Numbered from the stretch's first letter, positions 38,641-52,533 are shown. The stretch is 64,000 bases of DNA from Eledone cirrhosa (GCA_964016885.1 OZ024740.1:47864001-47928000), one strand, 5' to 3'. The notes: a model not told the origin generated them from the letters alone. Made by a program: numbers and translations.

Positions 38641-40509
38641 TATTTTACGAAGGTGGTGAAGTGATAGAGTTGTTTGTACGTCGGCTAGAATGTTTTGTGG
38701 TATTTATTCTGGCTCTGCATTCTGAATAAAAGTACACTATTGTTAATTTATTATTCAATTAAAAAATAGATTTAAGAAAACAAAATTTACTTGCTGATCG
38801 ACTTAATCTTATGGGGAAAAAAAACGCTTTGAGATTCTTCGTGTGTTAGTTGTTGCAAGAAGACTTTTCTCGGAAAAATAAATTATCTTTAAAATGAAAT
38901 ATTTTTTTCCTTTTTCAGTTAGTCAGGTGGAAAGGCGGTGCACATGATTATTTTCATGGAGAGGAGGGGGATATCCTCAAACTGGAGACCTAGCCAGTAT
39001 GTATGCAACAGAACAGACATCAGTAAAGGTACTCAAGTACCAGATAGTGATGTTAATCCAGATGACAGATTAAGTCCTTGATGAAGAAGTGGCGGTTTGG
39101 GTGCTTTACGCTGAGGTCGACTGCCGCTCTCAGCGAACCTCTCTGTCGTTTCCCGACTTCATAAAAGAACAAGGTATACACAGTGGTTCGCGTTCTCAGC
39201 AAAACGCTGGTGGTAATAAACCCATGTAAACGACGGCAAGATTTGAACCCAGAATGCACTGAACCAGAAAAATACCGCAAAGCATCCTTACTTACGCGTT
39301 AACAATTCCACCAGTTCACGGTCCTAGATTGGTATTTGATTTATCAATCCAAAAACGATGAACGGTAAAATTAACCACAGCAGTATCTGAAGTCAGAACG
39401 CATGAAGCCAGAACACATAGCATTCCTTGCTATAACACTTCTACTAAATTTTCTCTAGAATTTTCTGGCATTTTATTTATCTACTAAAAGTTCAAGCCAT
39501 ATAAAAACTCACTTTCCACTGTGTATACCTATTGAAACACTATTACTAACACTGTATCTGCTGTAAATTAATGGCACTCAAAAAATTACTTCTAGTTGGA
39601 AAGATTAAAAATAAACATGAATGGCAGAATTAAAATAAAAAAAAATATTTAAAAAAAAAGAAGTTTGAAAAAAATTACATCTAGGTTAAATTTTGATTTT
39701 TATCTCTTTCTATCCAAATACTTACAATGTTGTTCTCAAGAGACCTTCCCTGGCGCATGTTTCATCACTAACATTTACTGCTAAAATAAATTGCAGTAGC
39801 TTTTGAATAAATTCCTTTCGTGAAACAGGTCGATATTATGGGGTAACGAACTTTATGAGTTTACTCATTATTTACACGAAGAGGCGAATACACATGTCAG
39901 TAAAAGCTTTAAAATATTCACACAGAATTTAATTAATGTGTCATGTAATTATAATTGAACAAAACACTGCTAGAAAAATATACAAGCATGCTTTTCTTTT
40001 AATGCCATATGGCAAAATATATTTATATCTTTTAAACACACAATTTTGCCGCAAAATATTAATATATTAATCCATTGAAGACAAAATGCTTAGAATCAAA
40101 TCATTTCGTCTTATACTAAGTTTGATAAACTTTTGCTATTACTAAAAGGTTGTTGCCTAAGATACTTCAGATCTAACACATTTTACTGAAAAACAGCAAG
40201 TCGTCGTGTTGCTGATATGTACCCACAGCTAGAGCAAGCGCCTGTATATTTAGCGCCATAAGATATATTTCGTTGTTTGCCACAAGGGCGCACAAGAAAG
40301 GGGGACAATACAAAGACATATGCCGGGGCTTTTACATACAATCGTGTAAAAAAATATATTTTCAACAAACAAATTTAACAATCGAAATTCCCAATAGGGG
40401 GGGAGGCGTTACAAATGGGCTGTTTAATACCCTGTCGATAGAACAACCCTCAACTCCAGGAGTGTGTTGTGCAAGTGCTCCTTTCTTCCTTTTGCTCTCT
40501 TCTTCAACC

Positions 40510-43500
40510 TACAGGTTTATATACAGAGAAGGCCCAATCACTCGAGCCATTTTTGCTACATTCATCCACCTTTCCGTAAATTTACTGGGGTGCAGTGGCT
40601 CTCTATCCACTCTGATTCTCCTTCTAAAGTGGTACCTAAAGAAGGGAATGAGCTGTTGTCCGGACAATTGCGTGCAGGACGGTTTCAATGTCCTGCTCGC
40701 ATCTTGGACACGTCCTCTTGGAAGGATCCTGCCGGGGCGTCCGTGCCTGTAGATCTTGTCTCAAACTGGTAGAGCTCCTCGGTAGCACTGCCAGACCAGG
40801 GACCTTGAAAGTTGTCCATAGGTCCCGGGCGGAAAGTCCTACCGAACAGACTAGTGAGCTCGTCGTCTTCGACGCCCAGAGTCTCTCCGAGCACGTTGTC
40901 GCACTTGCAACGTACAATCCCTCTATAGAATGTCGAAGTGGAGTCTCCACTGATTGCTGTGCCCGCTTGACAGAAGACTGTGAGCGCCTGAGCGCATTCA
41001 ATGTGCCAGGCGTCCATCTTCTTCGGTCTCCGCCTGACCTAGGACTGCAGCTCCGTCAGCGAGACAAGTTGCGGGAAGGCCTGTCTCACAAACGGTGCCC
41101 ACACCGGTTGGTCGGTGAGGAATACCTGGAGCTGCCGTAGCCTCAGCGCGTGCTTGCGCATCATCAGCCACGGCATTCCCAGCCCTCCGTTGGAAGGGTG
41201 CTGACAGAAGACGGATCTCCTCACCAGTGGAGTCTGCTTCTTCCAAAGGAACTGGAAGAGCATGCGTTCCATCTTGGTGATGTATTCACGGGGACAAAGC
41301 ACGACAGTCAAGCGGTAGTAGATGACGGACGCTCTGAAAGTGTTCGCCACCTCCGCTCGACCTTTCAAGGATAGTTTGCACTCTGCCCATTTCTGGGTGA
41401 GCGCAAATACCTTGGCCATGACCTCGTTCCAGTTTTTCTCCACCTGGAGGTCCGGACCGAACCAGACCCCGAGCAATTTCACCGGTCCTTCCGTCCAGCG
41501 TCCGGCGACGCTGTCGGACGGCATCGGTTTGCCACTCCACGTTCTGAGTTGCAAACCGACAGACTTGTCCGGGTTCAGTTTTACTCCTGTGAGCCTTTCG
41601 TATTCCTACAGTAAGTTGCCGATCGCCCCGATTTCCGAGGTTTTCGACACCATTACTGTCACGTCCTCGGCATAAGCCGACGCCGCTTTCCGCAGTCCCG
41701 GTTCCAACGGGATGCCCTGCAGAAACTCCAACTTCCACAGTAGTGGCTCTAGAGTCAATACGTACAGAATGGAGGAGAGAGGGCATCCATGTCGGATGGA
41801 ACGCGTGATTGCGAACGGCTCCGATAGGTAGCCGTTCACCTTGACCGTTGAGCAGATGTTGGTGTGCATTGCTGTGATCCAGCCTCTGAAGACGAGTCGA
41901 ACGCCTTAGACTGATCTAAATTGATCAGAGCCCCACCGAAGCTAGGTTTACACCCCACCCTCTCTATGATGTATCGCATGAGGTGGAGGTTGTCGTGTAT
42001 GGACCTGGTTGGAATTGCACACGTTTGAGCTTTTCCCACCAGGTTATCGACGACACGCGCCAGCCTCGTTGCTAACACCTTGGCCAAAATCTTTAACTCT
42101 GTGTTTAGGAGAGTTATGGGCCTAAAGTTGCTTATTTCGTCCCCCTTGTTTTCGTCTTTCCTGATCAGCGTTACTACGCCCTTGCCTGCAGAACTGGGAA
42201 TTCTCCTGTTCTGTTGCCAGTTGCAATAGACGGCTTCGGGGACGCCAGAGAACAAGTCCGGCATGCCTATGTAAAACTCATAGGGTAGACCAGGTAATTT
42301 GCGTTTCCCGCAGCGGCCCAGAGCGTCCCGTATCTCAGTGGCTGTGATCGGTCTTTCGCAGAACTCGGCGTCCATACTCGAGAGACGAGGCAGGCCGTCG
42401 AGGTATGAACCGAAGCCCATTGCCTCGTTCGGCTCACCGCTCTGCTCGAACAGTTGCGCAAAGTGCCGCTGAAAGGCCGTGCACATCCGCTTGGAGTCAA
42501 GTAGCACGCGTCCGTTTTGGTCTTTCAAAGACAGAATCGTGAACTTGTTGCCACTTTTCGCCTCTGCCACTTGGGCCCAGCTAACAGCTTTTGCTCCCTC
42601 GTTTCCTAGAGCACGTGATTTACTCCTGACCACGCAGCCTTCGTATTTCGCATCGAAGAACTGGTCTAGTGCCGTTCTCGTTGCTCGCACTCTAGCTGCG
42701 TTGCCACACCTAAGCGCCTCCTCTACCTTGGCTACTAGTTTTCTTTCTGTTTTGTTTTTCTCTAGAGCTAGTTCTTTGCTAAAAGTTATGGACTCTACTC
42801 TAATTGCTCTCTTGAGAGAGTACCACCACCTATTGTTGACGACGGCTCCCGTCAACTGTTGCTTAACTAAACTACTTATCTGTCTACTGAAGGCTTTACG
42901 TGTCGGTAACGATATGTTCAGCTTCCAGTATCCGGGTCCTTGTCATGGTTGACTATGCAGGTCACTAGTTTGTGGTCTGAATAGGCAACCATGTACATTT
43001 GTGGACAGCTTAACATTTTCCTGTCTCTCTCTCTAATAAGGAAGCTATGTAAATACGATCTGGATGTTCCACTGCGATTTGTCCACGTCCACTGTGGTGC
43101 AGTCGGGAAATTTAGTCGATACCTATCGGCCTGTTGGAATTGGCCGATTAAATTTTTGAGGCTGTTGCACCCCCTCTACTGGGACATGTTTCTACATAGT
43201 CCCAACGTGCGTCTAGGATACAATTCCAGTTCTTCACTAAAAGCAAGGAGCGAGACGTTCCCAGAAAAGATTCTAGACGCTTAAAGAAGTCTGGCCGCGA
43301 TTGCCCAGTCGGGGCATAAACGGCCACCAGTCTGAAGGCTCCACCTCCAATACTGTTCACGGCTAGGACTACCAGTCTACCCTCTGGGTCCAAGTGTATT
43401 TTCTATATTTCGAGGTCCAGGTTTTTCCGAAACATAACAGCCACTCCCACTCCACCTCCTGGCTGACAAAGAGATGCGTAGATCTCAAAGTCATTAAAGA

Positions 43501-43651
43501 TGGGGGTTAGTTACTGCTTGTTGTGGATCCTGGACTCGGTGATGGCTATCACATCCATACCGTGTGACCTAAGGTCGTTTAAAAGTTGGCCCTGTTTCCA
43601 GGGTATTCCTGGGCCACGCACATTCACACTTCCAACTCGTAAATTAGCCAT
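40510..43651 (-). pseudogene. Tx1-like ORF2 (AP endonuclease, RT, zinc finger), frameshifted
   Basis: MANLRVGSVNVRG, VYAP, SDHK, NFRPITLLN, LDQSKAFD, IRHGCP, YAED, CPRCEQDIETVLHA. Confidence 0.9.
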
Positions 43652-43723
43652 GTTGGTGGAGAAGAGTTGGCGAAAAGGACGAAAAAGTGCACTTACCTTT
43701 TCGTTTCCTGGAGATTGGGTTGT

Positions 43724-45161
43724 TCAATCTCCATTTGGGTGTTGTTGGGGTGTTGGGTGGGGTGGGTGTGGTGTAGAGTCTGACTTGACAAAGGTTTTCC
43801 CCTCAGTTTCTACTTTGGGGTCTTGGGAGATGACCTCCATTAAGTTTTTGTTGTTTGTGTTAATGTATGTGTATTGTTTGTTTTTTTGTTGTGTTGTTTT
43901 GGTTTGTTGTTCATTTTGTAGTTTTCTTTTTATGGTAGGCATTTGTGTTTGGGGTGGTGTTGGTGTTTGTTTTGCTGTGGGGGGGGGGGGGTGATTGTGG
44001 TGGTGTTTGTGTTGTTGTTTGTGTTGGTGGTTGTCTGTTTGTGTTGGTGATTGGTGTTTTTGTGGCTTTGCGGTGTCTCTTTTTTTTTTTTTTTAATTTC
44101 CGAGGTTCTCCATCTTCACTTGGGGATGGAGAAGTAGCCTCGTCTGACGATGAATCGTTATCAGGAGCGCGTGTGTGTGAGGGGGGGGATATGTTGTGTG
44201 GTGATGGTGTGTTTGTGTGTGTTTGCTTGTTTTGTGTGTTGTTGTTGTTGTGGTTTTGGTGTTGGTGTTGGTAAAAGTACTTGGGGGGGGGGGTCGTAAG
44301 AGGCGACAGGAGGTCTTTAAATGCAATGTGATTGAGCATTTAAAACAATGTGGCCTCCCTATTTCTGCCGAAATGTGGATATAGTTTGTATTGTCTACTG
44401 GCGCTTTTTCTGGTATCTTCGAAATTCTGTCCGGTTGCATTTGGACCAAAATTTCCAAGCTTGTGTTTCTTGTGGATTTTTGAATCGACAGTGTCTTCAT
44501 CCTCCTCTAAGAACCCTGCCAGAATCCACCAGATGTTAATATTGGGTGGTATGTTGGAAATGTTTATTTTTTGTGTCCTTTTTCCCATGTATGTAGGGGA
44601 AAAGGTGTGTGTCGCAGAGGTGACCGGGGTCACTGTGTATTTTTTCGCAAGGGCCTCACTTTTGAAGAGTACCGAAATGCTTCCATATAGTTTAACCATT
44701 TGTATGTAATGAATGTGTGGCATTGCCTCTTTCATGACGATTTCAATTTCGCCTTGAGTAAGGAAAGCCGGTTTTTTTTGTGTGTTTGAAATCGTGCGAA
44801 AAATCACAGTCCTTCGCATTGTGTCAGCTTTGATTTGTGGCGGAGAGGTGATTTTAAATCCCCCTTTTTCCTCGAAGGTAACATATTTTTTTCCTTCACT
44901 GATCATTTCCTTCGCATTGGAAATATCGATATTTGTAAAACTTTCTTTGCTTATTGTGGCAACAGATTTGTTATGGTTGCTGTTGTTGTTGTCATTGTTG
45001 TCGTTGTTGTTGTTGTTTTTGTTCTCAATTGCTTGATTTGTGGTTGTGGAGTTCATTTGTGAAGTTGTGTTTTTTTCTTGTTCAATATTTTTTGTGTCGT
45101 TTATGTTTCCATACTTTCTTTTTTCATGTGATTTTTCTCGGTCACTACTCCCTGTTGTCAT
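43724..45161 (-). pseudogene. Tx1-like ORF1, frameshifted
   Basis: ORF 44340-45161 continues via 44093-44500 (PHCFKC knuckle remnant) into a Thr/Pro/Lys-rich tail upstream of ORF2. Confidence 0.7.
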
Positions 45162-45559
45162 AGTGATGTGTGCCCTCTTCTACCAGTTAAGCGTCCAATT
45201 CTCTCAAATAAAATAATTTCAACTTATAGTTTGGCGAGCTGATGTACTCAGTTTTTGATAGTTCTTGCTCTGACCACACTAGAAATATTACTAGGCCTGC
45301 ATTCATCATGTTACACCATATTATCTTCTCTACTACATTGGGTATTTTCACAACGCTAATACACGGCAGAGACATTTAATGATTTATTTATTGATAGCAG
45401 GGAAATATATATTTAAGTTAATTACATAGATTTATATAAAGCTATTGGCCTTTATGGTTCAGTAATGCGGCTCTCTGAGGCCTGCACGCTAGGCAGCTGC
45501 CTACCTTTCCTAATGAAAGCGCCTGCTTTTCCATCAGCCAAAGCACTGAAATATGTGTG

Positions 45560-45890
45560 TATTGGACCCCCGTCGTTTCCGACGACGAGTGTTCCAGTTA
45601 ATTGACCAACGAAACAGCCGGCTCGTAAAATTAACGTGCAGTGGCCGAGCATTACAGATACGTGCACCGATAATGTATTTCTCAGGAAGATTCAGCATAA
45701 CACAGGGCGTAACAAGGCTGAACCTTTGAATTACAGACACAACTCATTTCTGTCAGCTGGGTGGCCTCATTTTGGCCAGTAATGTGAAATAAAATGTCTT
45801 GCTGAAGGACAATGTACTGCCCGGAATCGAACCCATGACCTTTCGATAGTGAACCAAACAACCTTAACCACTAAGCCTCGCGCCTTCACG
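45560..45890 (-). mobile_element. tRNA-derived SINE (family S2)
   Basis: A-box GGCTTAGTGGTTAAG, B-box GGGTTCGATTCC. Confidence 0.85.
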
Positions 45891-46072
45891 TGTGTACAAT
45901 GATACATGCGCATACACACAAGGTTCCAAAGTTTACTATTTTGATTGATTGATTTTCTGGTGATATCCTACTTGTTTAAAACTATTTTAAAAGAATTTTA
46001 CCAAATAAACATTTTAAAGGATTTTTTAAGCAGCCTTATAATTTTATGTTGGTATGAAAAAATTATATAGAA

Positions 46073-46256
46073 CTAGACCACCCGTAACAGGTCACGGGTG
46101 GTCTACTTCACTTCAAAATATTTTTTTAAATCATGTTCACTTAAAAATAATTTTTGAATAATTGAAATATACACAGACATGTATATAATGTGAAATGAAA
46201 CTGGAAGGCCCATATATATGTGTGTATGGAAATATATAAATGTGTGTGCGTGTATA

Positions 46257-46303
<47 letters not shown>

Positions 46304-46461
46304 ATATATATCTGTTAGAACACGAAAAGTGTGAAACAACAGAATGTTCACTTTTCGTGTTCTAACATATATGCCTAGCTTCTTCATAAATTTTTCGGGG
46401 ATAGCCGTGGTGGTGGTGATCGTATGTCATTGGCTAATTTTCAACCAATCAGAGTAAGTGT

Positions 46462-46507
<46 letters not shown>

Positions 46508-46840
46508 TATTTCCCCTCTCTCTATATATATCTTACGCTTTCGCTTTACACTCCTCCCCTTCAATAACACATTTCCCCCTCTCTATATATCTCTTCCACT
46601 GTTACTTACGCCTGTTTCTCTCTATCTGTTCCGTCTCTATATATATCTCTCTTACTCTTTGCACTCCTCCCCTTCAATACCATCTCTCCCCCTCTCTATA
46701 TATTTGTTACTCTATCGCTGCACGCTCCTCTCCTTCAATATATCAATTACACACGCTTTACACTCCTTTATCCCCAGCGCCCCTATATATATACACCCCC
46801 CTCCCGCATCTATATTTTAATGTTCCGTTGCACCGTGAAT
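46073..46840 (-). mobile_element. Helitron-like element (3' end clear, 5' end uncertain)
   Basis: Hairpin TAGACCACCCGT / ACGGGTGGTCTA overlapping terminal CTAG at 46073. Confidence 0.5.
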
Positions 46841-47177
46841 ATATGTGTCTATATATATATACATATATATTGTATATACACATTCATGTATGTGTATACA
46901 CACTCATGTATGTATATACACTGGTTTTATGTGTGTTATGTGTGTATTGTAAATTTGTACTGTTAAAACACGAAACTAACATTCGATTGACACTTTGATT
47001 ACCTGTACAGGCAATAGTTATTAGAATGCTGTTGAAGTGTGTATATATTTTTGGGGGACATCCTGTATATACACACATTATATATAATGCAATAAACAGA
47101 TAAATACACACATATATATATGAGCTTATTTAATTATAAATATTGTGAATTTTTAACTCAGTTCAATTATATATATA

Positions 47178-47228
47178 AATGGCTTCTACAGGACTAGAAC
47201 TGTTTCATTCGAAAGAAATCATCATAAT
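47178..47228 (-). mobile_element. Family H2 fragment (hammerhead 3' half)
   Basis: UGAUGAUUUCUUUCGAAUGAAACAGUUCUAGUCCUGUAGAAGCCAU. Confidence 0.7.
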
Positions 47229-47834
47229 ATTGAGAGGGGGGACTAGATAAAATATTTCAAATCAAATGTGTATAAGTTATAAGTTAAAATGTATAAATCG
47301 AGACGATAGTGGAGGTATATCTGTTTAGTGGAACAGTAGACGATAGAATTAAATACAGACGAGAATCTCCCTTTAATGAAACAGCAGACGATAGAATTAA
47401 GGCAATTTAAATTTTAAGCATTTGCATTTCATCGTTACGGGGTCGATAAAATAAAGTACCAGTAATACACTGTCACTATAAGTAGACGACTTTCAAATTG
47501 AATTGTTGGTTCCATTTCTTTAGTATTTTCAATTGTAGTTATCTACTTAAAAAGCATTACACGGTTAGAGACATAATTGGTAAGTTATATCTTCCCTATT
47601 AAACCATTGCATTATTTGGCCTACAACAGAACAAAAATGAAATGTTCTTTAAAGAAACAGGAATATAACTTTATAAAAAAAAAAGTTGCATCCGCTTCTT
47701 TTATCATTGATAATTTTTTCGTTTTAATATTAATTGTTTTTTGTAGTGGTTTATATTAAAAATCTTACTGTAATATTTACTTAAACGAAGGCAGACATCT
47801 AAACTTATAGATTAATCTTGAGCGAAGGACTGGA

Positions 47835-47903
<69 letters not shown>

Positions 47904-47907
<4 letters not shown>

Positions 47908-48117
47908 GAAGAATGATAACATTTCAAGCAAAGAGTTTAATTAGGTAATGACTTACAAATTTGTTTCAGTATATATTTAATATAATATTAATATATTTTG
48001 TAATATTATTAACTAATTATTATAATTAGCGCTTCAGGCTTTGTCTATATACTGAAACAAATTTGTAAGTCATTACCTAATTAAACTCTTTGCTTGAAAT
48101 TTTATCACTCTTCGTTT
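47904..48117. repeat. Inverted repeat, ~70-bp arms, between (TA)n tracts
   Basis: 47904-47975 is the reverse complement of 48047-48117. Confidence 0.9.
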
Positions 48118-48205
48118 TGAATTTCTCCTAAGTATTCAATACTCTGTTGAGAAATACATTTTACATAAACAGTCTTTGTACCATTTATACGGTATTAATT
48201 ACTTA

Positions 48206-48242
<37 letters not shown>

Positions 48243-48249
48243 CGTATGA

Positions 48250-48380
48250 TTAGAACTGTGTTTATTATTAATATTTTAATGGATTTAATGAAAAATTTTA
48301 GGTGTTCATATATATATTCTAAAAATGCGCGAAATCGTGAATCCGCGATAGTTGAACCGCCAAGTAGCGAGGTATCACTG
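48250..48380. mobile_element. Tigger/pogo-like terminus
   Basis: Ends GTAGCGAGGTATCACTG followed by TA. Confidence 0.55.
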
Positions 48381-48408
48381 TATATATGTTTAAATATATA
48401 GTGTAGCT

Positions 48409-48873
48409 GTGATGTATCTCGCGAGTGAATCGAGACCTGTCACTGATTTTGGTGTCCCCACTGCCGATGTGAATGAGCAACGCTGCACTTGTGAATTGGG
48501 TCTTGATGTTGCAGGCAGTTCATATACTTACAATGATGCGGTCCCACAAGCTTGTTCACATTCCTGTGCTAATAATCTAGATGGGCGTATTAAATTGGAT
48601 GTGAAAGCAGCTTACCGGATGCGGAATCGGGAGAAGTTGAGACAAAAACAGGCCGATTATAGAGCTGTGAATTTTGCTAAATTAACACAAAAACAGGCCA
48701 AGTATAGATGTTCAAAACGGTATGAGTTGGCAAACAAGCAGGCCAAGTATAGATCTGCAAATTCAGCTATTATATCTCAAAAGCAAGCCGAGCGTAGAGC
48801 TTCTAAACGTACCGAGTTGGCTAAAGAGCAGACCAAGTACAGATCTGCAAATATCTTATTGCACAAACAATAA
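48409..48873 (+). other. Short ORF with 15-aa basic repeats, probably a TE fragment
   Basis: YRMRNREKLRQKQAD / YRAVNFAKLTQKQAK / YRCSKRYELANKQAK / YRSANSAIISQKQAE / RRASKRTELAKEQTK. Confidence 0.5.
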
Positions 48874-49084
48874 TTCTGCACAAATGTTGCTCCATTATTA
48901 GATCTAATGTTGCAACGATACAGTTAAATGTTGTCTGTGTATTTTAAAAAAGATTTGCTTATAATCTTTTCAAATTTCATTACGCCAATGATTCAAGCTC
49001 AAATTGACATTATCTAAAAAATTGTACAAACAGCGGTGGATTAGCAGTAGTGAACAGATAAATCAGTCAATTTATTAAGATTGA

Positions 49085-49738
49085 CTTGGCATCAATCAGC
49101 AAGACCTTCATTAGCTGCTCTCCAGCCATCTATTTAAAGCTGTATACATCTATGGTACGAATACACTTGGAGTTCGCGTCATCAGTCTGGAACCCCTATC
49201 TTGCTCAGAACATTGACCTCCTGGAAACTGTTCAGAGACATGCAACCAAGCGCATACCCTCCATCAGACACCTACCATACCCTGAATATTTTGCTTCCCT
49301 CTGGCAATGGACTTGGTAAACACCCACAAAGTTATTAACCATCCGACCAACAACAACCCCGAACACCTTTTTGATCTCCATGTGTCTAACACGTGGACAT
49401 GCCTACAAAGTCAGAAAACAACACAGCTCCCATGACTTTAGGAAATATTTCTTCATGCTCAGAGTTGCTGAAGGATGGAACAAACTTCCTGCATCAGTTG
49501 TTAGCTGATGACACACTGCATCCTTTAAAACCATCATACATTCCGAAATACACCAAAACTACACCTGATGTCCCCCTTCCATACACATGCACATATGTGT
49601 ATATCATGACTCATGCACTGTTCTTTTTTCATGACGTTTTTATATTACCCTATGTATTATATATGCACTTTTGATGAGTTGTAGTGCACCTCAGCATTGT
49701 ACACAATATTTTCATTATTATTATCATTATTATTATTA
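49085..49738 (+). mobile_element. CR1-type LINE 3' fragment
   Basis: VRIHLEFASSVWNPY, VQRHATK, TRGHAYK, RVAEGWNKLP; (ATT)n tail. Confidence 0.88.
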
Positions 49739-50204
49739 CACTCATTGATCCATTTTGCACTAACTCTGCATCAAGCACCCTCACCTAAATATTAACCAAT
49801 CAAGGATCCAATACAGTTATCTGTTGGATGAGTATTGTATAGTGCCAAAAACGAAACCAATCAGTTTAGCAGAAAGTTTCCAGACAGGAAACACGCATAT
49901 TTTGCTATCCTCAAACACGTTTACACATGGCATGAAATATAACTAATCCGAGATGGCTAGGTTTCATCTTCTAACTGGATATACGAAATCCATTATGTCT
50001 TGACAACAACATGAGGTAACATTATGTTATTCACAGACACACTTTGTACACTGTTCCATATCAGAATGTATTTCCTTCGTCACATTCACAAACAGTATTG
50101 AAAATATGTTCTTCGGCAAATAAAAATGTTTTGTTCATAATATTTCAACTAGCGATTGCTCTACTCCACGCACGACCACCATAAATTAATGACCAGCTCA
50201 ACAC

Positions 50205-50378
50205 AAGTATTAGTAGAGCGTCAGACACCATGCTTTGCAGTATTGTTATGGTCCTTTGCATTCTAAGTTCAAATCCTGCCGAGGTTAACTTCGACTTTCA
50301 TACTTACTAATTCGATAAAATAAAGTACCAGTAATGGACTGCCGTAATGGATTTGTGCCGAAAAATAGAAACACTATT
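50205..50378 (+). mobile_element. SINE S1, diverged
   Basis: B-box AAGTTCAAATCC and core. Confidence 0.8.
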
Positions 50379-50930
50379 AATGTGCAATAAGAGCAAAATA
50401 TAACGACATTGCTCAATTATTTTATCTAATGTTGTAATAACACAAGGAAATGTTGTTTGTGTATTTTTTTTTATATTTGCTCATAGGCTTTTACAATTTC
50501 GCTCAGCCAACAACTATTAAAAAGTGAGTTGCTTAAGATAACAATTTAATCACAAATTGTTGCTATCTTTTAATACACTCCAACAAGTCATCAAATTATG
50601 TACAATAAAAACAAATCTTATTAATTTGCTCAGGGAATATAAAGAAAATGTATATACACTGATAATTGCAATTGTATGTAAATATTTTGTTTTTGTATTC
50701 TTTATTTTATGTTTTCTATTATGTATAATATATTGATTTAATATTGATTGTTTTTTGTAGTTGTTTATATTAAAAGTCTGAAAATATTTTTATACATCTT
50801 ACACTAATATTTATAAGATAATTTATAATAACAATTACATAATCTAATTACATTACAACGATAATTTATTATTAATATATATCCTGTTTAACTAGAGTTA
50901 TTACAAGCGTTGCCTTAAAAAAATATTAAA

Positions 50931-52299
50931 CTAGACATGAAAAATGCGCAAGCTCAAAGGTGCCACAGAATGTTATAATAAACCTTCAAAAGTGTGGGAC
51001 TAGAGTTGTTGCTAAAAAATATTGTAATCATTATATATCGTACATTCTGTGGCATCCTTTATAAAAATAGCTTAAACCAACGAAGCCTTTATTTTTACGC
51101 TATTTCACTTAGTTAATTCTTAGAGTGTAACATATAAAAATAAATACATCTATGTTTAATGTAATAACAGCTATAAATAATTACGTAATATTATTATCAT
51201 ATACTCATAGTAACAAAATAATCGTGTTGAAAATTAATATGATGCTTATATGAACGATCAAATCTATAATGATAATTTCTTAAATATACTAATAGTAAAA
51301 TAATTTAGTTATCTATTGTTACATTTTCATAGAACTATAATATTAACAATCGTATTGCATTATCAAATTTTTATCACTACAAACTTTCATATTGGAATTA
51401 CCTTAAGCCACTTATTATTACTTCGCTTTCGTACTTTTACAGCTGTAGATATTGCGCTGTATCTTATATCTAATATCAATATCTCATGGTAATTTGCATG
51501 CAGTGTAAAATAGGTTGATTAATAACTTTAATATGAAATGTATTATACAGGGCTGCGGAGTCGGCCAAAAATTGACTGGCTCCAACTCAGGATCCGATAC
51601 TCCATTATTTCCTAAATTTCAGCTCCGCAGCTCTGTTATTATATTAATTAATTTATTTTATAGTTGTAAATCATATTTTTATATGTTACACTCTAAGAAT
51701 TAACTAAGTGAAATAGCGTAAAAATAAAGGCTTCGTTGATTTAAGCTATTTTTATAAAGGATGCCACAGAATGTACGATATATAATGATTACAATATTTT
51801 TTAGCAACAACTCTAGTCCCACACTTTTGAAGGTTTATTATAACATTCTGTGGCACCTTTGAGCTTGCGAATTTTTCATGTCTAGTATATATATGGGTGT
51901 CTGTGATCTATATACACTGGTCATAGACACACACACACACTCATACACACATACATATATATACACACATACACTCACATATATATATATTATATATATA
52001 TATATATATACAGAACACCACCAGTTCTCTCTTCCCCTCTCTCTCTGTATGTCTCTCTTTCAATCTACTCTCTCACAAACGCTATCTCTTTCTCTCTCTC
52101 TCTGTTTATGAAGGTACCCGGAAAAACCCCGTATCTCGGGAACCCGTGCACCGATTTACACGAAATTTGTTTTATTCCATTTGTATTCGCACTTCAGGGT
52201 CAACTTCCTTTCAAAGTATTTTCCCATTATGCGCTTTTTTGACTGTACTACATTACAGACAAGCAAGCAAGAAATCGCAGAGTTTTAGTAATATATAGA
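50931..52299 (-). mobile_element. Helitron-like element with internal inverted duplication
   Basis: 5' TCTATATATTACTAAAAC at 52299; CTAG at 50931; 50930-51142 inverted at 51674-51886; linkage of the two ends is inferred. Confidence 0.5.
51548..51635. mobile_element. Small hAT-type MITE
   Basis: TIRs CAGGGCTGCGGAG / CTCCGCAGCTCTG; flanks GTATTATA / TTATTATA (7 of 8 match). Confidence 0.8.
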
Positions 52300-52533
52300 T
52301 TAACAAAACAATTGGTGTTTTGGCATTTCTTTAACAAAGTGGAAAAATCTATGATATATTATTCTGCTTGTCACGACATGTGTTCGAGAGATACACTTTT
52401 AACAACTTTAACTATTGAACGAAATCGAAGACATAATCAAAACTTTTAACATTACGAAACACACTTCAGTGTTATGCTTTAAACAACCTTAACTATTGAA
52501 CAAAACTGAGAATATAATAGAAATATTTAACAT

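Larger units (their letters stand above)
40262..45186 (-). mobile_element. Near-full-length Tx1/L1-like LINE with ORF1 and ORF2
   Basis: Two long frameshifted frames; 3' UTR matches 10240-10375. Confidence 0.93.

Noticed and set aside
40273-41675. Plus-strand ORFs overlapping the Tx1-like element
   Set aside because: Antisense shadow frames of GC-rich ORF2 with no recognisable motifs
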